Shown: positions 36,246 to 46,434, counted from the stretch's first letter. The stretch is 64,000 nt of DNA from an uncultured Acidobacteriaceae bacterium (GCA_963822545.1 CAWGIB010000006.1:565428-629427), one strand, 5' to 3'. Made by a program: numbers and translations. The notes: a model not told the origin generated them from the letters alone.

Positions 36246-37861
36246 TTAAAAGAGCACGCCCATCATCAGGTTCAGGTGACCGGCGGATTCCGCGCCGCTG
36301 GTGATTGTGTTGGTAATGATACGACGGTATTCGGCGGAAAAGAGCAAATCGGAACGCGGACGGTAGATGAAGTTGGCGAAGCCGGAGCGATTCTTGGAGA
36401 GTGCAGCATCTCCGTAGGACTGCGCGTAAGGAAAGTATTCGAGGTCGGAGGCATAGGGATTGTCCATGCCGAAGGCGGCGTTGAACTCGAGCTTGGGCGT
36501 GGGATGGTACTTGAGTTGGGTCCAGCCGCCGACGGTGTTCAGGGCCTGAATCTCGGTGTTGGGATCGGTGGGATCGCCGCTGAAGAGAACGCTGCGACCG
36601 ATTCCGCCATAGAGGCCACCGAGTCCTTTGCCGCGATAGAACTTTCCGCTGAGCGTGAACTGGCGGCTGAGAGGGAGTTCGAGATCGCTCATGGCGGCCC
36701 AGGCGTCGACGGTGCGCGAGAAGCCGTAGTTCTGGCGGGAGTAGTAGCCGCCGAAGCCGATGCGAAGAGGCTGGCCGAAGACATCGTGGGTCCAAGCGAC
36801 GCGCGTGCCGAAGGCGGGCTGACGGGAGGCTTCTCCGGCGGTGGGCTGGCGATAGTAGCCGGTCGAGGGAGCTTCTCCACTGACGGGATCGAGGATGCCT
36901 GCCTGAAAGAGAAAGGCCGAGGTATCGGTCAGAGCGATTTTGTGTTCGACGCGGACTTGCGGAACCCAGCTCCAGAGGTTGCCGGCGTAGGAGAGCGCGG
37001 GAGTGGCAAGGGTGGCGAAGGAGGTGGGCGCGCCGGGAGAGAAGAAGAGGCCGTCTTGTCCGACGACGACTGAAGTGTTGACCCAATCCATGCGCATGGT
37101 GGCGGTGCGGAGGCGCATGAGTCCGGAATTGATGCCGTTGGGAGTGGTCGGGAAGCCGCCGGCGAGATCGAGTTGGAGATCGGCGCGGGTTTTGGCGCCG
37201 GCGACACGCGGGCCAAAGACTTCGAAGCCGACTTCAGACTGGCGGAGGGTGGCTCCGAAACTGCCGCTGGTGTAGTAGGCCGGTCGCGCGTAGGCGAGGG
37301 TGGGGAGATCGATATTGTCGACAGTTCCCTGATTGGCAAACAAGTTGGTGAGGACGATGCCGGAGATTCGCATCCGGTATTTTGAAGCGCTCTCGACTTT
37401 GGTCTGATACTGGTCGTCTACTTTGCCGCTAAGCAGATCGTATTGCTCGTCGAGGGTGGCAGTTCGGGAGGATCTTTGCTGGTCCTCCTGATCGTTTTGC
37501 TGGGGGGTTGCTATGCGGTGAGGTGGCGGTGGTGTTTTCGGTTCTGGCTACGGCTTCCATGACTACGGCACTGCGGGGCTGAGTACCGGCGCGCAACTCC
37601 TCTACTTCGCGGCGGAGCTGACGGGTTTCGGCGCGGGCCCGTTCGGAGTCAGAGCGCATATCGGCGACGGACTGCTGGAGTTGGCGGACCTGATCGCTCA
37701 ACGTGCGAACGGCATCGGTCAAAGAATCCGATTGCAAAGAAGACGAGGGGAATGGGTGGTTGTTGGGCGAGGGTCGCCGCGCTGCAAAGTAAAACTTCGA
37801 GCAGCAGTAAACCGATTGCAATACGTCGCGACCAGAACTCGAACGAGTGCCTTTTCCTCAT
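36246..37861 (-). pseudogene. outer-membrane beta-barrel porin with N-terminal coiled coil, about 2 frameshifts
   Basis: The signal peptide is in frame 37649-37861. The coiled coil (LSDQVRQLQQSVADMRSDSERARAETRQLRREVEELR) is in 37429-37821. The linker QYQTKVESASKYR continues into the barrel ORF 36246-37373, which ends LNLMMGVLF. Confidence 0.65.
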
Positions 37862-37921
37862 GTCGTCCCCCCACCAGAACAGATTTCACTTGAGTACAAG
37901 ACTTTCTTACAGAAACCAGCG

Positions 37922-39701
37922 CTAGCTGCTGTGCTTCGCTGCGAGCACATTTTCGGGCGCGGGACTCAGCGGCATGTTGATACGGAATGTCGTGCCCAAA
38001 CCCGACGTCTGCTCTACGATCACTTCCCCACCATGATCCTGCACGATTTTCTGGACCACGGTAAGTCCCATTCCGGTGCCGTTTTCCTTGCCGTGGCTGA
38101 CGAAAGGATCGAATAATTTTTCGCGCACGGATTCGGCGATTCCCGGACCGTTATCCTCGACGCGAATTTCCAGCTTTTCGCCGATCCGGCGCAAGCTGAC
38201 ATCAACCTTGCCGGAATCCGGCGACACGGCTTCGCAGGCGTTGAGCAGCAAGTTGAGGAGAGCGCGCTCGAGTTTCTTGAAGTCGAACCAGCCTTCGGTG
38301 AGACCCTCGCTGGTGATTCGGATTCGTATGCGCTGGAATTCGGGGTGCGCTTTGACTCCCTGTACGGCGCGATCGACGGCGGAGCGCACGTCGCCATAAG
38401 AAGGCCGCAATGATTCGCGGGTGCGGGAAAATTCCAGCAGAGATTCGATGAGGTCGGTCATCTGGTCAACGGCAATGCGAATTTCGGCGTAGAGATCTTC
38501 GCGCTGCCCGTTGGAGAGGTTGCTCTCACAAAGAAACTCGGCGTTGGCCATCACGGCCGCGAGGGAATGCCGCAAGTCGTGCGAGATGGAACTTGCCATG
38601 CGGCCGATGGTGGCAAGCCGTTCCGCGTCGAGCAGTTCGCGTTGCGTGCGCTGCAGACTCGTGCGCATTCGATCGAATGTTCCGGTCACTTCGGCCACTT
38701 CGTCATTGCCGTGTTGCTGGAGCGGATAGGCGTAGTCGCCCTGCTCCAAGGCGCGCACGCCGGCGACGAGGTTTTCGAGAGGGCGCGTGAAAGCCTGGGA
38801 GATGATGTAGACGAGAAGGCTTCCGGCAAGAACCGCGGTTAATCCGAGAGCGAGCAGGAGTTCATTCAGGCTGCTGAGGAAGGCGGTCGCCTGGTCGAAG
38901 GATTTCAGGACCCACAGATTGACGCGCGGGGGCTCCGGCAACTCCGACGGAAGAAGGCAAATCGACTGAGCTCGCGAGAAAGCGCTCTTCCCCCAGTCGA
39001 ATCTGATCGGATTCCAACATCCCGCCGGGAGCTTTTCGAGGAGCGACTTTCAGTAGCTCCGATTCCTGTGCAGGTTTCAGTGTGCTACGGACAATCGTGT
39101 CTCCATAGCGGAAGGCGACTTCGCTGGCGGAGATACGGCTCAATTCGCGCGCGAAGCGGTCATCGATCTCGTAACCGAGCAAGAGGTATCCGAGAACCTT
39201 GTGTTCGCTTTGCGGGCCGAAGTAGATATCTTGCAGAAAAATCTGGTAGAGGTGTCCTTCGACATACCACCAGTGACGCGTCTCCTCGCGCGAGACGACT
39301 TGCGGGAGAAATTCCTGTCCGTGAGCGATCGTGATTTCTTGAGGAGCCGCCTGCAAAGCCACGACTCGGCCGGAAGCGTCGGCCAGCAAGAGCAGATCGC
39401 TGCCGGCGAGGCGCCACAAACCGCGGGAGGCGTCCTGAATAGTGGCGGCATCGCGCGTGGTCATCATGGCGCGCACGTTGGGCAGGTCCGCGAGGAGGGC
39501 GGCGGAGCGCTCGAGAGTGGCTTCCCTCTGTTGCTGGAAGTTATGGAAGGCGGAGACGGAGTCTTGCAGGTCGCGCTGAATGCCTTGCCGCACTTGCTGT
39601 TGGACGGTGTGTTGCACCACCAATAAGGTGGCGAACGTTAACGTCGCCGAAACAGCGACCATGGAGAGCAGGAACTTGGTGCGTAGACGAATGCCATTCA
39701 T
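37922..39701 (-). pseudogene. sensor histidine kinase (periplasmic sensor, HAMP, HisKA, HATPase_c), 1 frameshift near 38940
   Basis: The N-terminal ORF (MNGIRLRTKFLLSMVAVSA...) runs to about 38862. It continues in 37922-38941 with HAMP (FTRPLENLVAGVRALEQGDY), H-box SISHDLRHSL, N-box LLNLLLNACEA and GTGMGLTVV. Confidence 0.8.
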
Positions 39702-39809
39702 GGTAAGGAAAGGTTCAGGTTGCCGAAGTAGCAAGTCAGAAGAGCAAGTCAGAATTCATGAAGTCAAATTGAAGAAGTAGAACCTTACTCAAACTTTTCC
39801 CGGCTTGCG

Positions 39810-39862
39810 ACTTTGAAACCTTGCTATCATTGAAGCCTTGAAACGCTAAAGCCTTGAAACCT
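39810..39862. repeat. three CCTTGAAAC(C/G) motifs (GTTTCAAGG family) in the regulator-kinase intergenic spacer
   Basis: TTTGAAACC (39812-39820), GCCTTGAAACG (39835-39845), GCCTTGAAACC (39851-39861). Also 2x AGCAAGTCAGA at about 39727-39755. Confidence 0.6.
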
Positions 39863-39869
39863 CGTTTTT

Positions 39870-40571
39870 TTACGGCACGAACTTGTAGCCGGCGCTGTGG
39901 ACTGTGCGGAAGTGCAATGGGTTCGCACTGTCTTTTTCCAGCTTCTGGCGCAGACGGAGAATGTGGTTGTCGACTGTACGGGTGCTGGGATAATTCCGGT
40001 ATCCCCAAACCTGGTTCAGTAGTTCTTCGCGCGACAAGACCCGCTCGGCATTCTGGATCATGAATTTGAGGACTTTGAATTCCTGCGACGTCATGGGGAC
40101 GAGGACGCCGTCGCGGCGCAACTCCATTTTTGTGAAGTCCACTTTTACGTCGTCGAAGCTGAAGGAGTCGGCGATTGGCGCGGCGATGGCACGGCGGCGC
40201 ATAGCGGTTCGCACGCGCGCGAGCAATTCGCGGGGGCTGAAGGGCTTGGTGACATAGTCGTGCGCGCCCAATTCCAGAAGGAGGACTTTATCCATGACTT
40301 CGGTGCGGGCGCTCAGAATAATGATGGGCAGGTTCGGTGCTGCCTGATTGATTTCGCGGCATACATCCTGACCGGGGGTGCCGGGCAGGCTCAAATCGAG
40401 AACCAGGACAGAAGGTGGCGCGGCGCGAAACAGTTCGAGGCCTTCGGCGCCGTTGCCGGCGACTTCGACGGCGAAGCCTTCGCCTTCGAACAACCGTCGA
40501 AGTGCCTTCTGCACGGCCCGGTCATCTTCAATGATCAGGATTTTGTCTCCCGTTACTGAGACCGGTTCCAT
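39870..40571 (-). CDS. OmpR-family response regulator
   Basis: Receiver KILIIEDDRAVQKAL...VLVLDLSLPG...ARTEVMDKV. wHTH LTSQEFKVLKFMIQNAERVLSREELLNQVWG.....TRTVDNHILRLRQKL......HFRTVHSAGYKF. Start is uncertain (ORF open to 40619). Confidence 0.9.
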   Translation of the reverse strand: MEPVSVTGDKILIIEDDRAVQKALRRLFEGEGFAVEVAGNGAEGLELFRAAPPSVLVLDLSLPGTPGQDVCREINQAAPNLPIIILSARTEVMDKVLLLELGAHDYVTKPFSPRELLARVRTAMRRRAIAAPIADSFSFDDVKVDFTKMELRRDGVLVPMTSQEFKVLKFMIQNAERVLSREELLNQVWGYRNYPSTRTVDNHILRLRQKLEKDSANPLHFRTVHSAGYKFVP

Positions 40572-40841
40572 GGTTGAACCTGAAATTGAGCTCTTGAGCA
40601 TTGGCGAACCCCGCGCCATGCCATAACAGGCATGTATGATACCCCTAAACTGTAGCGTGGAATCAGGTTATTGGCACATTTCGGAATAGAAAATGACAGC
40701 GATTTGACAATTTATTGACATTCCCTAAGACTGCTCTTCAACTTACCTGGGCTACAATCCTCGACGCACTTACAAATAAATGACCTACGAACTGCCGTTC
40801 CTGGGGGATCAACCGGGAGCGGAAATCGGGAAAGAGGGGTT

Positions 40842-41447
40842 ATGAATCGTCTTTGGATCCCAGTCTTGGTTTTGGTAGTGACGCTGGCGCCGACAGGTCT
40901 AACGGCTCAAGTTAATCCTTATAAGGATGGAACTCCCGGGGTCACCGGATACCGGTCGGAGGTGATGGCCGAGGTAATGATTCAGCAGGACAAATTTGTC
41001 CGACTGGCGCAAGCGATCCCGGCCGACAAATATACCTGGAGGCCCGCGCCCGATGTCCGGTCGTTCGCGGAGGTCTTCCTGCATGTCTCGGCCGCGAACT
41101 ACAACCTCTACAAACTAGTGGGGACGCCGCCACCGAGTGGAATCGATATCAAGAACCTCGAGAAGTCGACGACGGATAAGGCAAAAGTGATCGCCACGTT
41201 GCAGGACTCATTCGCACACGCTCGAAAAGCGATTACTGCAATGCCGGACGCCGATCTCGACAAATCATTCGATTGGTTCGGCGGAAAAAACACCGAACGC
41301 GGTGTTCTGCTGTTTGTAGTGCGGCATGCGGCAGAGCATCTCGGACAGTCGATCGCGTATGCGCGGGTTGTTGGAGTGGTTCCGCCGTGGACGGAAGACG
41401 CAAAGCAAAAAAGCGAGACGAAGGAAGCGCCCAAAGCAAAACAGTGA
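40842..41447 (+). CDS. DinB family protein
   Basis: Signal-like N-terminus. FAEVFLHVSAANY...RHAAEHLGQSIAYARV carries the His triad pattern of the DinB/YfiT fold. Confidence 0.8.
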   Translation: MNRLWIPVLVLVVTLAPTGLTAQVNPYKDGTPGVTGYRSEVMAEVMIQQDKFVRLAQAIPADKYTWRPAPDVRSFAEVFLHVSAANYNLYKLVGTPPPSGIDIKNLEKSTTDKAKVIATLQDSFAHARKAITAMPDADLDKSFDWFGGKNTERGVLLFVVRHAAEHLGQSIAYARVVGVVPPWTEDAKQKSETKEAPKAKQ

Positions 41448-42439
41448 TGGCGAGTTTGAGGTCGGCTAGTAGGTGAATGAGGCGTCGCTCGTTTCAGTCG
41501 CCGAGTGGCGCTTGCGCTATGCACAACCACTGGCCCGTCGAGAAACTTACGAATCAGTGCCACCGTATAGGCGGGTTTTTCCTCCATCAGCCAATGTCCG
41601 GAACCTGCGACCACCTCTTCCTGCACGTTGGTCGCTACATGACGCATGATGACCGCCTGGAGGGGACCGAAGGACTTCTCTCCACCGACCGCCATCACAG
41701 GCATCGTCAGCTTGGTTTGTTCGAAGACCTTATTATCCTTGGCATCTTGCGAGAAGGCGGTGAACTGTGCGAAGCCTGCGCGCATTCCACCAGGCTGCGC
41801 GTAAGTGGCGGCAAAGAAATTCCTGGTGGCCTCGTCAGGCTGAGCAGGATCGGCGGTAAAGTCGTTCCAGATCCGGTCAAAATAAATTCGCTCGCGCCCG
41901 GCCACTAGCCGTTCCGCATCGGGTCCGTGAAAGTTGAAGTGCCATACTCCGGGATTCAGGAGAATCTCGTTCCATGGATCAATCCCAGGAATCGGTGCGT
42001 CCATGACGACTAGCCTCTCAACTTTGTCGGGATACGTCGCGGCATAAGCGTAGGCCACCATGTTGCCGATGTCGTGAGCAACGACCGAGGTCTTGTCGTA
42101 TCCCAGCGCGGTTACGACGGCGCGCATATCTTTGGCCTGAGTCTTCTTGTCGTAGCCATCGGCTGGCTTGGATGAACGTCCAATGCCGCGGAGGTCCGGC
42201 ACTACAACGGTGTGGTCCTTCATGAGATCAGCGGCGAGAGGAGCCCACGAATCGCTGTTCTCCGCGTACCCATGAATCAGGAGTACCACCGGCCCAGTTC
42301 CTCCCCAGCGCACAAAAATGTCTGCCCCTGCCGGGCTGTGGATCGTCTTTGCTTGAAAGCTGGACGGCAACGAAGGCTGGGCATGGGTTAAAGCCGCTGC
42401 CAAGGTGAGAAATAACAGGGCAATGAAACGTCGAATCAT
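41108..42439 (-). CDS. secreted alpha/beta hydrolase (epoxide hydrolase/haloalkane dehalogenase-like); 3' end probably artefactually extended
   Basis: MIRRFIALLFLTLAAALTHA signal peptide; VVLLIHGYAENSDSW, VVAHDIGNMVAY (nucleophile elbow with Asp), GSGHWLMEEKP. The frame stays open 340 nt antisense into the DinB gene. A 1-nt shift would end it at ...ASAPLGD* (stop at 41494). Confidence 0.75.
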   Translation of the reverse strand: MIRRFIALLFLTLAAALTHAQPSLPSSFQAKTIHSPAGADIFVRWGGTGPVVLLIHGYAENSDSWAPLAADLMKDHTVVVPDLRGIGRSSKPADGYDKKTQAKDMRAVVTALGYDKTSVVAHDIGNMVAYAYAATYPDKVERLVVMDAPIPGIDPWNEILLNPGVWHFNFHGPDAERLVAGRERIYFDRIWNDFTADPAQPDEATRNFFAATYAQPGGMRAGFAQFTAFSQDAKDNKVFEQTKLTMPVMAVGGEKSFGPLQAVIMRHVATNVQEEVVAGSGHWLMEEKPAYTVALIRKFLDGPVVVHSASATRRLKRATPHSPTSRPQTRHHCFALGASFVSLFCFASSVHGGTTPTTRAYAIDCPRCSAACRTTNSRTPRSVFFPPNQSNDLSRSASGIAVIAFRACANESCNVAITFALSVVDFSRFLISIPLGGGVPTSL

Positions 42440-42540
42440 GGAGATCTCCGCTTGGTATATGAGTGAACGAATGGGATTTCGGTGCCACGAATTGTAGACG
42501 ACACACTTCGTCACGTGAAGTAGCGACCAATCATCACGGG

Positions 42541-42670
42541 AGTGGCGCCGTGTGACCGCAGCGGCTGAAGCCGGTGGTCAAAACAAGCAGGTATCGCAGC
42601 GGTGAACCGCTGCGCCACCCAAAAGCAACAACTTCAGTGGTGAGCGCACCCAAAAGCAACGGCAGAATCG
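42541..42670 (+). repeat. REP-like dispersed repeat, copy A
   Basis: GTGACCGCAGCGGCTGAAGCCGG...ATCGCAGCGGTGAACCGCTGCGCCACCCAAAAGCAAC...GCGCACCCAAAAGCAAC. Confidence 0.7.
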
Positions 42671-42686
42671 GTTTTCCCACAGGCTG

Positions 42687-43856
42687 CTAATAAGTGAATG
42701 ACTGAAGCTCGTTCACTCCTGTCGGACCGTACACGAATCCGTTGCGCTCGCTTGGATGGATCGCAAACATTGGGCCGGTGGAGATCGGAAAACTGAAGCC
42801 GTTCAGCGACTCCACGAGATTTCCTTTGGTGTCGTACACCTGAATGCTGCTGCCCGGTCCGGTGCTGGAATAGGGCTGGGCGATCAGGAAGAGCTTGTTT
42901 ATGGGATCGTATTCGACGTTCTCGCCGCTTTGAAGTTGACCGGGCGAACCGGGGAGCGTCACCGCAAAGCCGGTCTTCTTTTTCAAATTATAGAATTCGA
43001 CGCGGGCATCAAGCTCTGTAGTCGTGCAAGCGATGCCGTCTTGGGAATCGACGGCGATTCCGTTGACGTATCCCTGGTGATAAGGTGCCGGGCCGAGGAT
43101 GCCAGTGAACTGCGTGACGGTTCCTTTGGTCAGATCGACGAGAGCGATCTGGGGAGCGGGACCGCCGACGGCTCCAGTGGCGGCTGCGACGACGGCCTGG
43201 TTGGTATTGCCGTTGTAGTCCATGACCGGACCGTCGCTGAAAAAGAAGGTTGGGTCGGCGAGAGTGATCTGCGGTCCGAATGTATTGGCGCCAACGTTGG
43301 TGCCAAAAACAAAAGTGGTGTCGTTGCCGCCGTTTTCAAAGGCGAGGACGGCATTGGTGGTGGAGGCCTGGTTGGGCTGCACCTGATTTTCGCTGATACC
43401 CATAATGATGTCGTCGCTGGCGAGAGGGGCCTTCCACTTGCCGGTGAACTTATTGGTGGTCAACGGATTGAGTTCTTCGTAGATGCGCTTCACGACGTAC
43501 AGGCCTTTGACATGTTCGCGCTCGACGAGGGCGACGCTGGTGCCGGTAATGCCGAGGGTCACGAAGTCGTCTTTGGTCTGGATTTTTTTGACGATGTTGA
43601 GGATGGAGCCGGTTGCCTGATCGAAGGTCTCGACGGCGGCGAGGATTTTACCGCCGCCAATATCCGCCGCTTCGCTGAGCACGCCCTCGGTGCCGTTTTG
43701 ATCGATGGCGAAGCCGAAGATCTGACCTCCAAACTGGCTTTGTACGATTGTGTTGCCGGGGCCGATCGACTGCTGAGCTTCGAGCTGAAGTGGTAAGGCC
43801 AAGCAGAATGCCACGGCTGCTGTGGCGGCGGCCAGGAGAATCGATTTTGAAGTCAT
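42687..43856 (-). CDS. secreted hypothetical protein (beta-rich)
   Basis: Signal peptide LLAAATAAVAFCLALPLQLEAQ. No family recognised. The antisense ORF 42756-43796 is judged a shadow. Confidence 0.6.
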   Translation of the reverse strand: MTSKSILLAAATAAVAFCLALPLQLEAQQSIGPGNTIVQSQFGGQIFGFAIDQNGTEGVLSEAADIGGGKILAAVETFDQATGSILNIVKKIQTKDDFVTLGITGTSVALVEREHVKGLYVVKRIYEELNPLTTNKFTGKWKAPLASDDIIMGISENQVQPNQASTTNAVLAFENGGNDTTFVFGTNVGANTFGPQITLADPTFFFSDGPVMDYNGNTNQAVVAAATGAVGGPAPQIALVDLTKGTVTQFTGILGPAPYHQGYVNGIAVDSQDGIACTTTELDARVEFYNLKKKTGFAVTLPGSPGQLQSGENVEYDPINKLFLIAQPYSSTGPGSSIQVYDTKGNLVESLNGFSFPISTGPMFAIHPSERNGFVYGPTGVNELQSFTY

Positions 43857-44038
43857 GAGGGCCTCATGCAGAAGCGAAATGGCGTCCGCGTTCCGGAGCG
43901 CGGTGCTGAAAAATTACGACGACTAGGGTCGATGCAGTGTCGCGCAGGAGTCAGAAATTTGTAAACAAATTGTCTCGGGCGGCAGAGGTTAGGGCGGAGC
44001 GAGTGCGGACCGTTCGTGTTAGACTGCCGTCGCAATCA

Positions 44039-44467
44039 ATGATTATGACGCATACATCTTTCGGACGGGCGGGGATGAGTTTGTCGAGCGGGCGAAGAGT
44101 GGCGCTGCTGGCGCTCATCGGCTTGTGTTGGATACTTTTGCCGGCTTGCGGAAATCAGAATTCGACGATGCCGGCGATTGTGGTTACGTTTACGCCTGGA
44201 TTCACGCCTCCGGCTGCGATGGCGACTGGCGGATCGGCGGGGATTGCGGCGACGATCACGAATGGTCCGCAGAACGCGGTGGTGAACTGGTCGGCGACAT
44301 GTGGCAGCACGGATTGCGGAAGCTTCAATCCGACATCGACGGCGAGCACGATTCCGACGACTTACACTGCGCCGGCGAGTGTGCCATCCGGGGGCACGGT
44401 CACGGTGATCGCGACGTCGGCGAATGATGCGACGAAGTCGGTGTCGGCTAGCATTACGATTCAGTAG
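44039..44467 (+). CDS. lipoprotein with Ig-like domain, hypothetical
   Basis: Lipobox WILLPACG. Contains TYTAPASVPSGGTVTVIATSANDATKSVSASITIQ. Start is uncertain (44039, 44045 or 44075). Confidence 0.55.
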   Translation: MIMTHTSFGRAGMSLSSGRRVALLALIGLCWILLPACGNQNSTMPAIVVTFTPGFTPPAAMATGGSAGIAATITNGPQNAVVNWSATCGSTDCGSFNPTSTASTIPTTYTAPASVPSGGTVTVIATSANDATKSVSASITIQ

Positions 44468-44491
44468 GCGGCGTCAATTTTTGTGGCATCA

Positions 44492-44515
44492 GGGGCTAAA
44501 GCCCCTTTTTATTTT
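44492..44515 (+). terminator. rho-independent terminator
   Basis: GGGGC-TAAA-GCCCC followed by TTTTTATTTT, 25 nt after the stop at 44467. Confidence 0.55.
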
Positions 44516-44589
44516 CAAGCTGACGCGACCCCGAGGGCCGCCCCGCGATGACACGCATCCCCTAGCACGCTGCGGGAAACTCGTTGTGG

Positions 44590-44712
44590 AGTTGAACGTG
44601 TGACCTCAGTGGCTAAAGCCGAATTCAAAACAATGCAGTTATCGCAGCGCTGAAGCGCTGCGCCACCCAAAAGCAACAAGCTGCAGCGGTGAACGCTGCG
44701 CCACCCAAAATC
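44590..44712 (+). repeat. REP-like dispersed repeat, copy B
   Basis: GTGACCTCAGTGGCTAAAGCCG...ATCGCAGCGCTGAAGCGCTGCGCCACCCAAAAGCAAC...GCTGCGCCACCCAAAATCAC. Confidence 0.7.
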
Positions 44713-44845
44713 ACGTCTGACATCGAGTTTCTTCGCAGTCTGCTAGAGCCCAAACGCTTAAATTCAGGGCCGAGTGCGCAAAGTCCCTGGGACCGAGGCG
44801 GGTGGTAAAATAGGGATAGTTCTTTGCTTGGCCAGTCCCACCAGT

Positions 44846-45214
44846 GGGGGCGTCCCGGATTCGACGGAGATGCTTGCGGCCAGGAGGCATGCCGTGGTGC
44901 ACACACCCGTTAATCGCGTGCAAAATGATAATTGCCAATCAACAGATGGCATACGCAGCCTAATTAATTAGGCTACCGCTCTCCGCAGCTTCGCCCTTGG
45001 GCTGTGAAAGAGCGTCACACAGAGGGCTGCTCTTCCCGTCTACGTCTGGGGCGGGAGGCTAAGATTACAGGCTAGCGTCTTCGGTTTCTTGTTCGTTCTG
45101 AGCCGGAGCCGCGAACGTCCTGGGGTAATGCCCAGGGCATGAACGGAATAAGCATGTAGTTCTCCTGTCCAGTAACATTTTCGGACGCGGGTTCAACTCC
45201 CGCCGCCTCCACCA
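44846..45214 (+). ncRNA. ssrA: tmRNA (SsrA)
   Basis: 5' GGGGGCGTCCCGGATTCGACGG. 3' GGACGCGGGTTCAACTCCCGCCGCCTCCACCA. The acceptor stem GGGGGCG/CGCCTCC contains a G3-U pair. The tag frame GCC AAT CAA CAG ATG GCA TAC GCA GCC TAA (44934-44963) encodes ANQQMAYAA*. Confidence 0.93.
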
Positions 45215-45612
45215 ATATCTACTTTATTATCAGTAACTTACTGACACATTTTAATTTCGTACAATAGCGTTCTGCGGAGGCGCGGGTTTTCCGCCGGCCT
45301 TCTCTCACGTTTTTTTCTTCTCACCGATCACGAACCAATCGAACGACTGATTATTCCTTGGAGGGATAGCTGGGGAAATGCACGCTCGGTTTTCGCACTG
45401 CCATTCTTGGACAGGATCCATTAATGAGTTCCTGTTTGCCGACAAGCCGGGAGTTGATCGGATTGGTCAAAAGAAGCGCGTTTAGCATTACTAATCCCGA
45501 AAACTAGCGGCTGCCGACGATTTGGAAGCGTCGCAGTCAATTTCATGATTAATTTAGAGGGCATTTACGAAGTATCGAATCGACAGTTTGGACGATTCCG
45601 CTTGGAGATCGC

Positions 45613-46434
45613 ATGAATATGTCTGCCGGTGTTGGCAGCGAACGCTTCCAAAGCGGCGCGAACAAATATGCTGCCTACCTCGAGACGCCCGAGGGTCGGT
45701 TGCGCTCGGACTTGGCCTTCGCCAACCTGCGCGATTTCCTTCCCCAAGAGGCCGGCCAACCGTTGCGCGCACTGGATCTCGGGTGTGGGACAGGAGCGAC
45801 GGCAGTTCGCCTAGCGCGACTTGGCATTCATGTCACGGCTGTGGATTGTTCTGCGGCGATGCTAGCAATCGCGCAACGCGCGGCCCACGAAGCCGGGGTC
45901 ACGGAGAAGATGGTGGTGAAACACGGAGAGGCAGCACAGCTTGCCAGCTTGTTTCCCGCTCGTTCGTTCGATCTAATTCTCTGCCATAACATCCTGGAAT
46001 ATGTCGACGATCCGGGAGCCGTGTTGCGCGATTCGGCTCGCGCCTTGCGAGGTTCATCCGCGATTGTCTCGGTGCTCGTGCGCGGCCAGGCAGGCGACAT
46101 ATTAAAATCCGCAATCCGAACGGGCGATTTGGATGAGGCCGAAAAAGGTCTTATCGCTGAGTGGGGAAAAGAATCTCTCTACGGAGGGAGATTGCGACTC
46201 TTCAGTAACGACTACCTGCAACGTATTTTGAAAGCGGCATCTCTAACATTAATTGTGGAGCGTGGTGTGCGCGTGGTTGCGGATTATTTGCCGCCGGCGG
46301 TGTCTCGCGACACCGAGTATCAGCGCATTCTCGAACTGGAACGTAAGCTGGGTATGCGGCCAGAGTTTGCCGCAATATCGCGCTATAGGCAATGCTTAGT
46401 TCGACGCAAACCGATGAAGGAGGTGCGCGAGTGA
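45613..46434 (+). CDS. class I SAM-dependent methyltransferase, CmoM/SmtA-like architecture
   Basis: LRALDLGCGTGATAVRLARLGIHVTAVDCSAAML (motif I). LILCHNILEYVDDPGAVL, GVRVVADYL, ELERKL...EFAAISRY are collinear with E. coli CmoM as I remember it. GGAGA SD present. Confidence 0.8.
   Translation: MNMSAGVGSERFQSGANKYAAYLETPEGRLRSDLAFANLRDFLPQEAGQPLRALDLGCGTGATAVRLARLGIHVTAVDCSAAMLAIAQRAAHEAGVTEKMVVKHGEAAQLASLFPARSFDLILCHNILEYVDDPGAVLRDSARALRGSSAIVSVLVRGQAGDILKSAIRTGDLDEAEKGLIAEWGKESLYGGRLRLFSNDYLQRILKAASLTLIVERGVRVVADYLPPAVSRDTEYQRILELERKLGMRPEFAAISRYRQCLVRRKPMKEVRE

Noticed and set aside
42756-43796. A 346-aa plus-strand ORF antisense to the secreted protein gene 42687-43856
   Set aside because: It is a typical high-GC shadow ORF with Gly/Asp/Ala-rich low-information sequence. 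It has no signal or motifs and lies entirely inside a better gene. The same reasoning applies to 6717-7577, 12313-13053, 36018-37073, 36202-37086, 53058-54359, 54679-55620, 56805-57608, 28414-29037/28481-29119 and 25007-25807.
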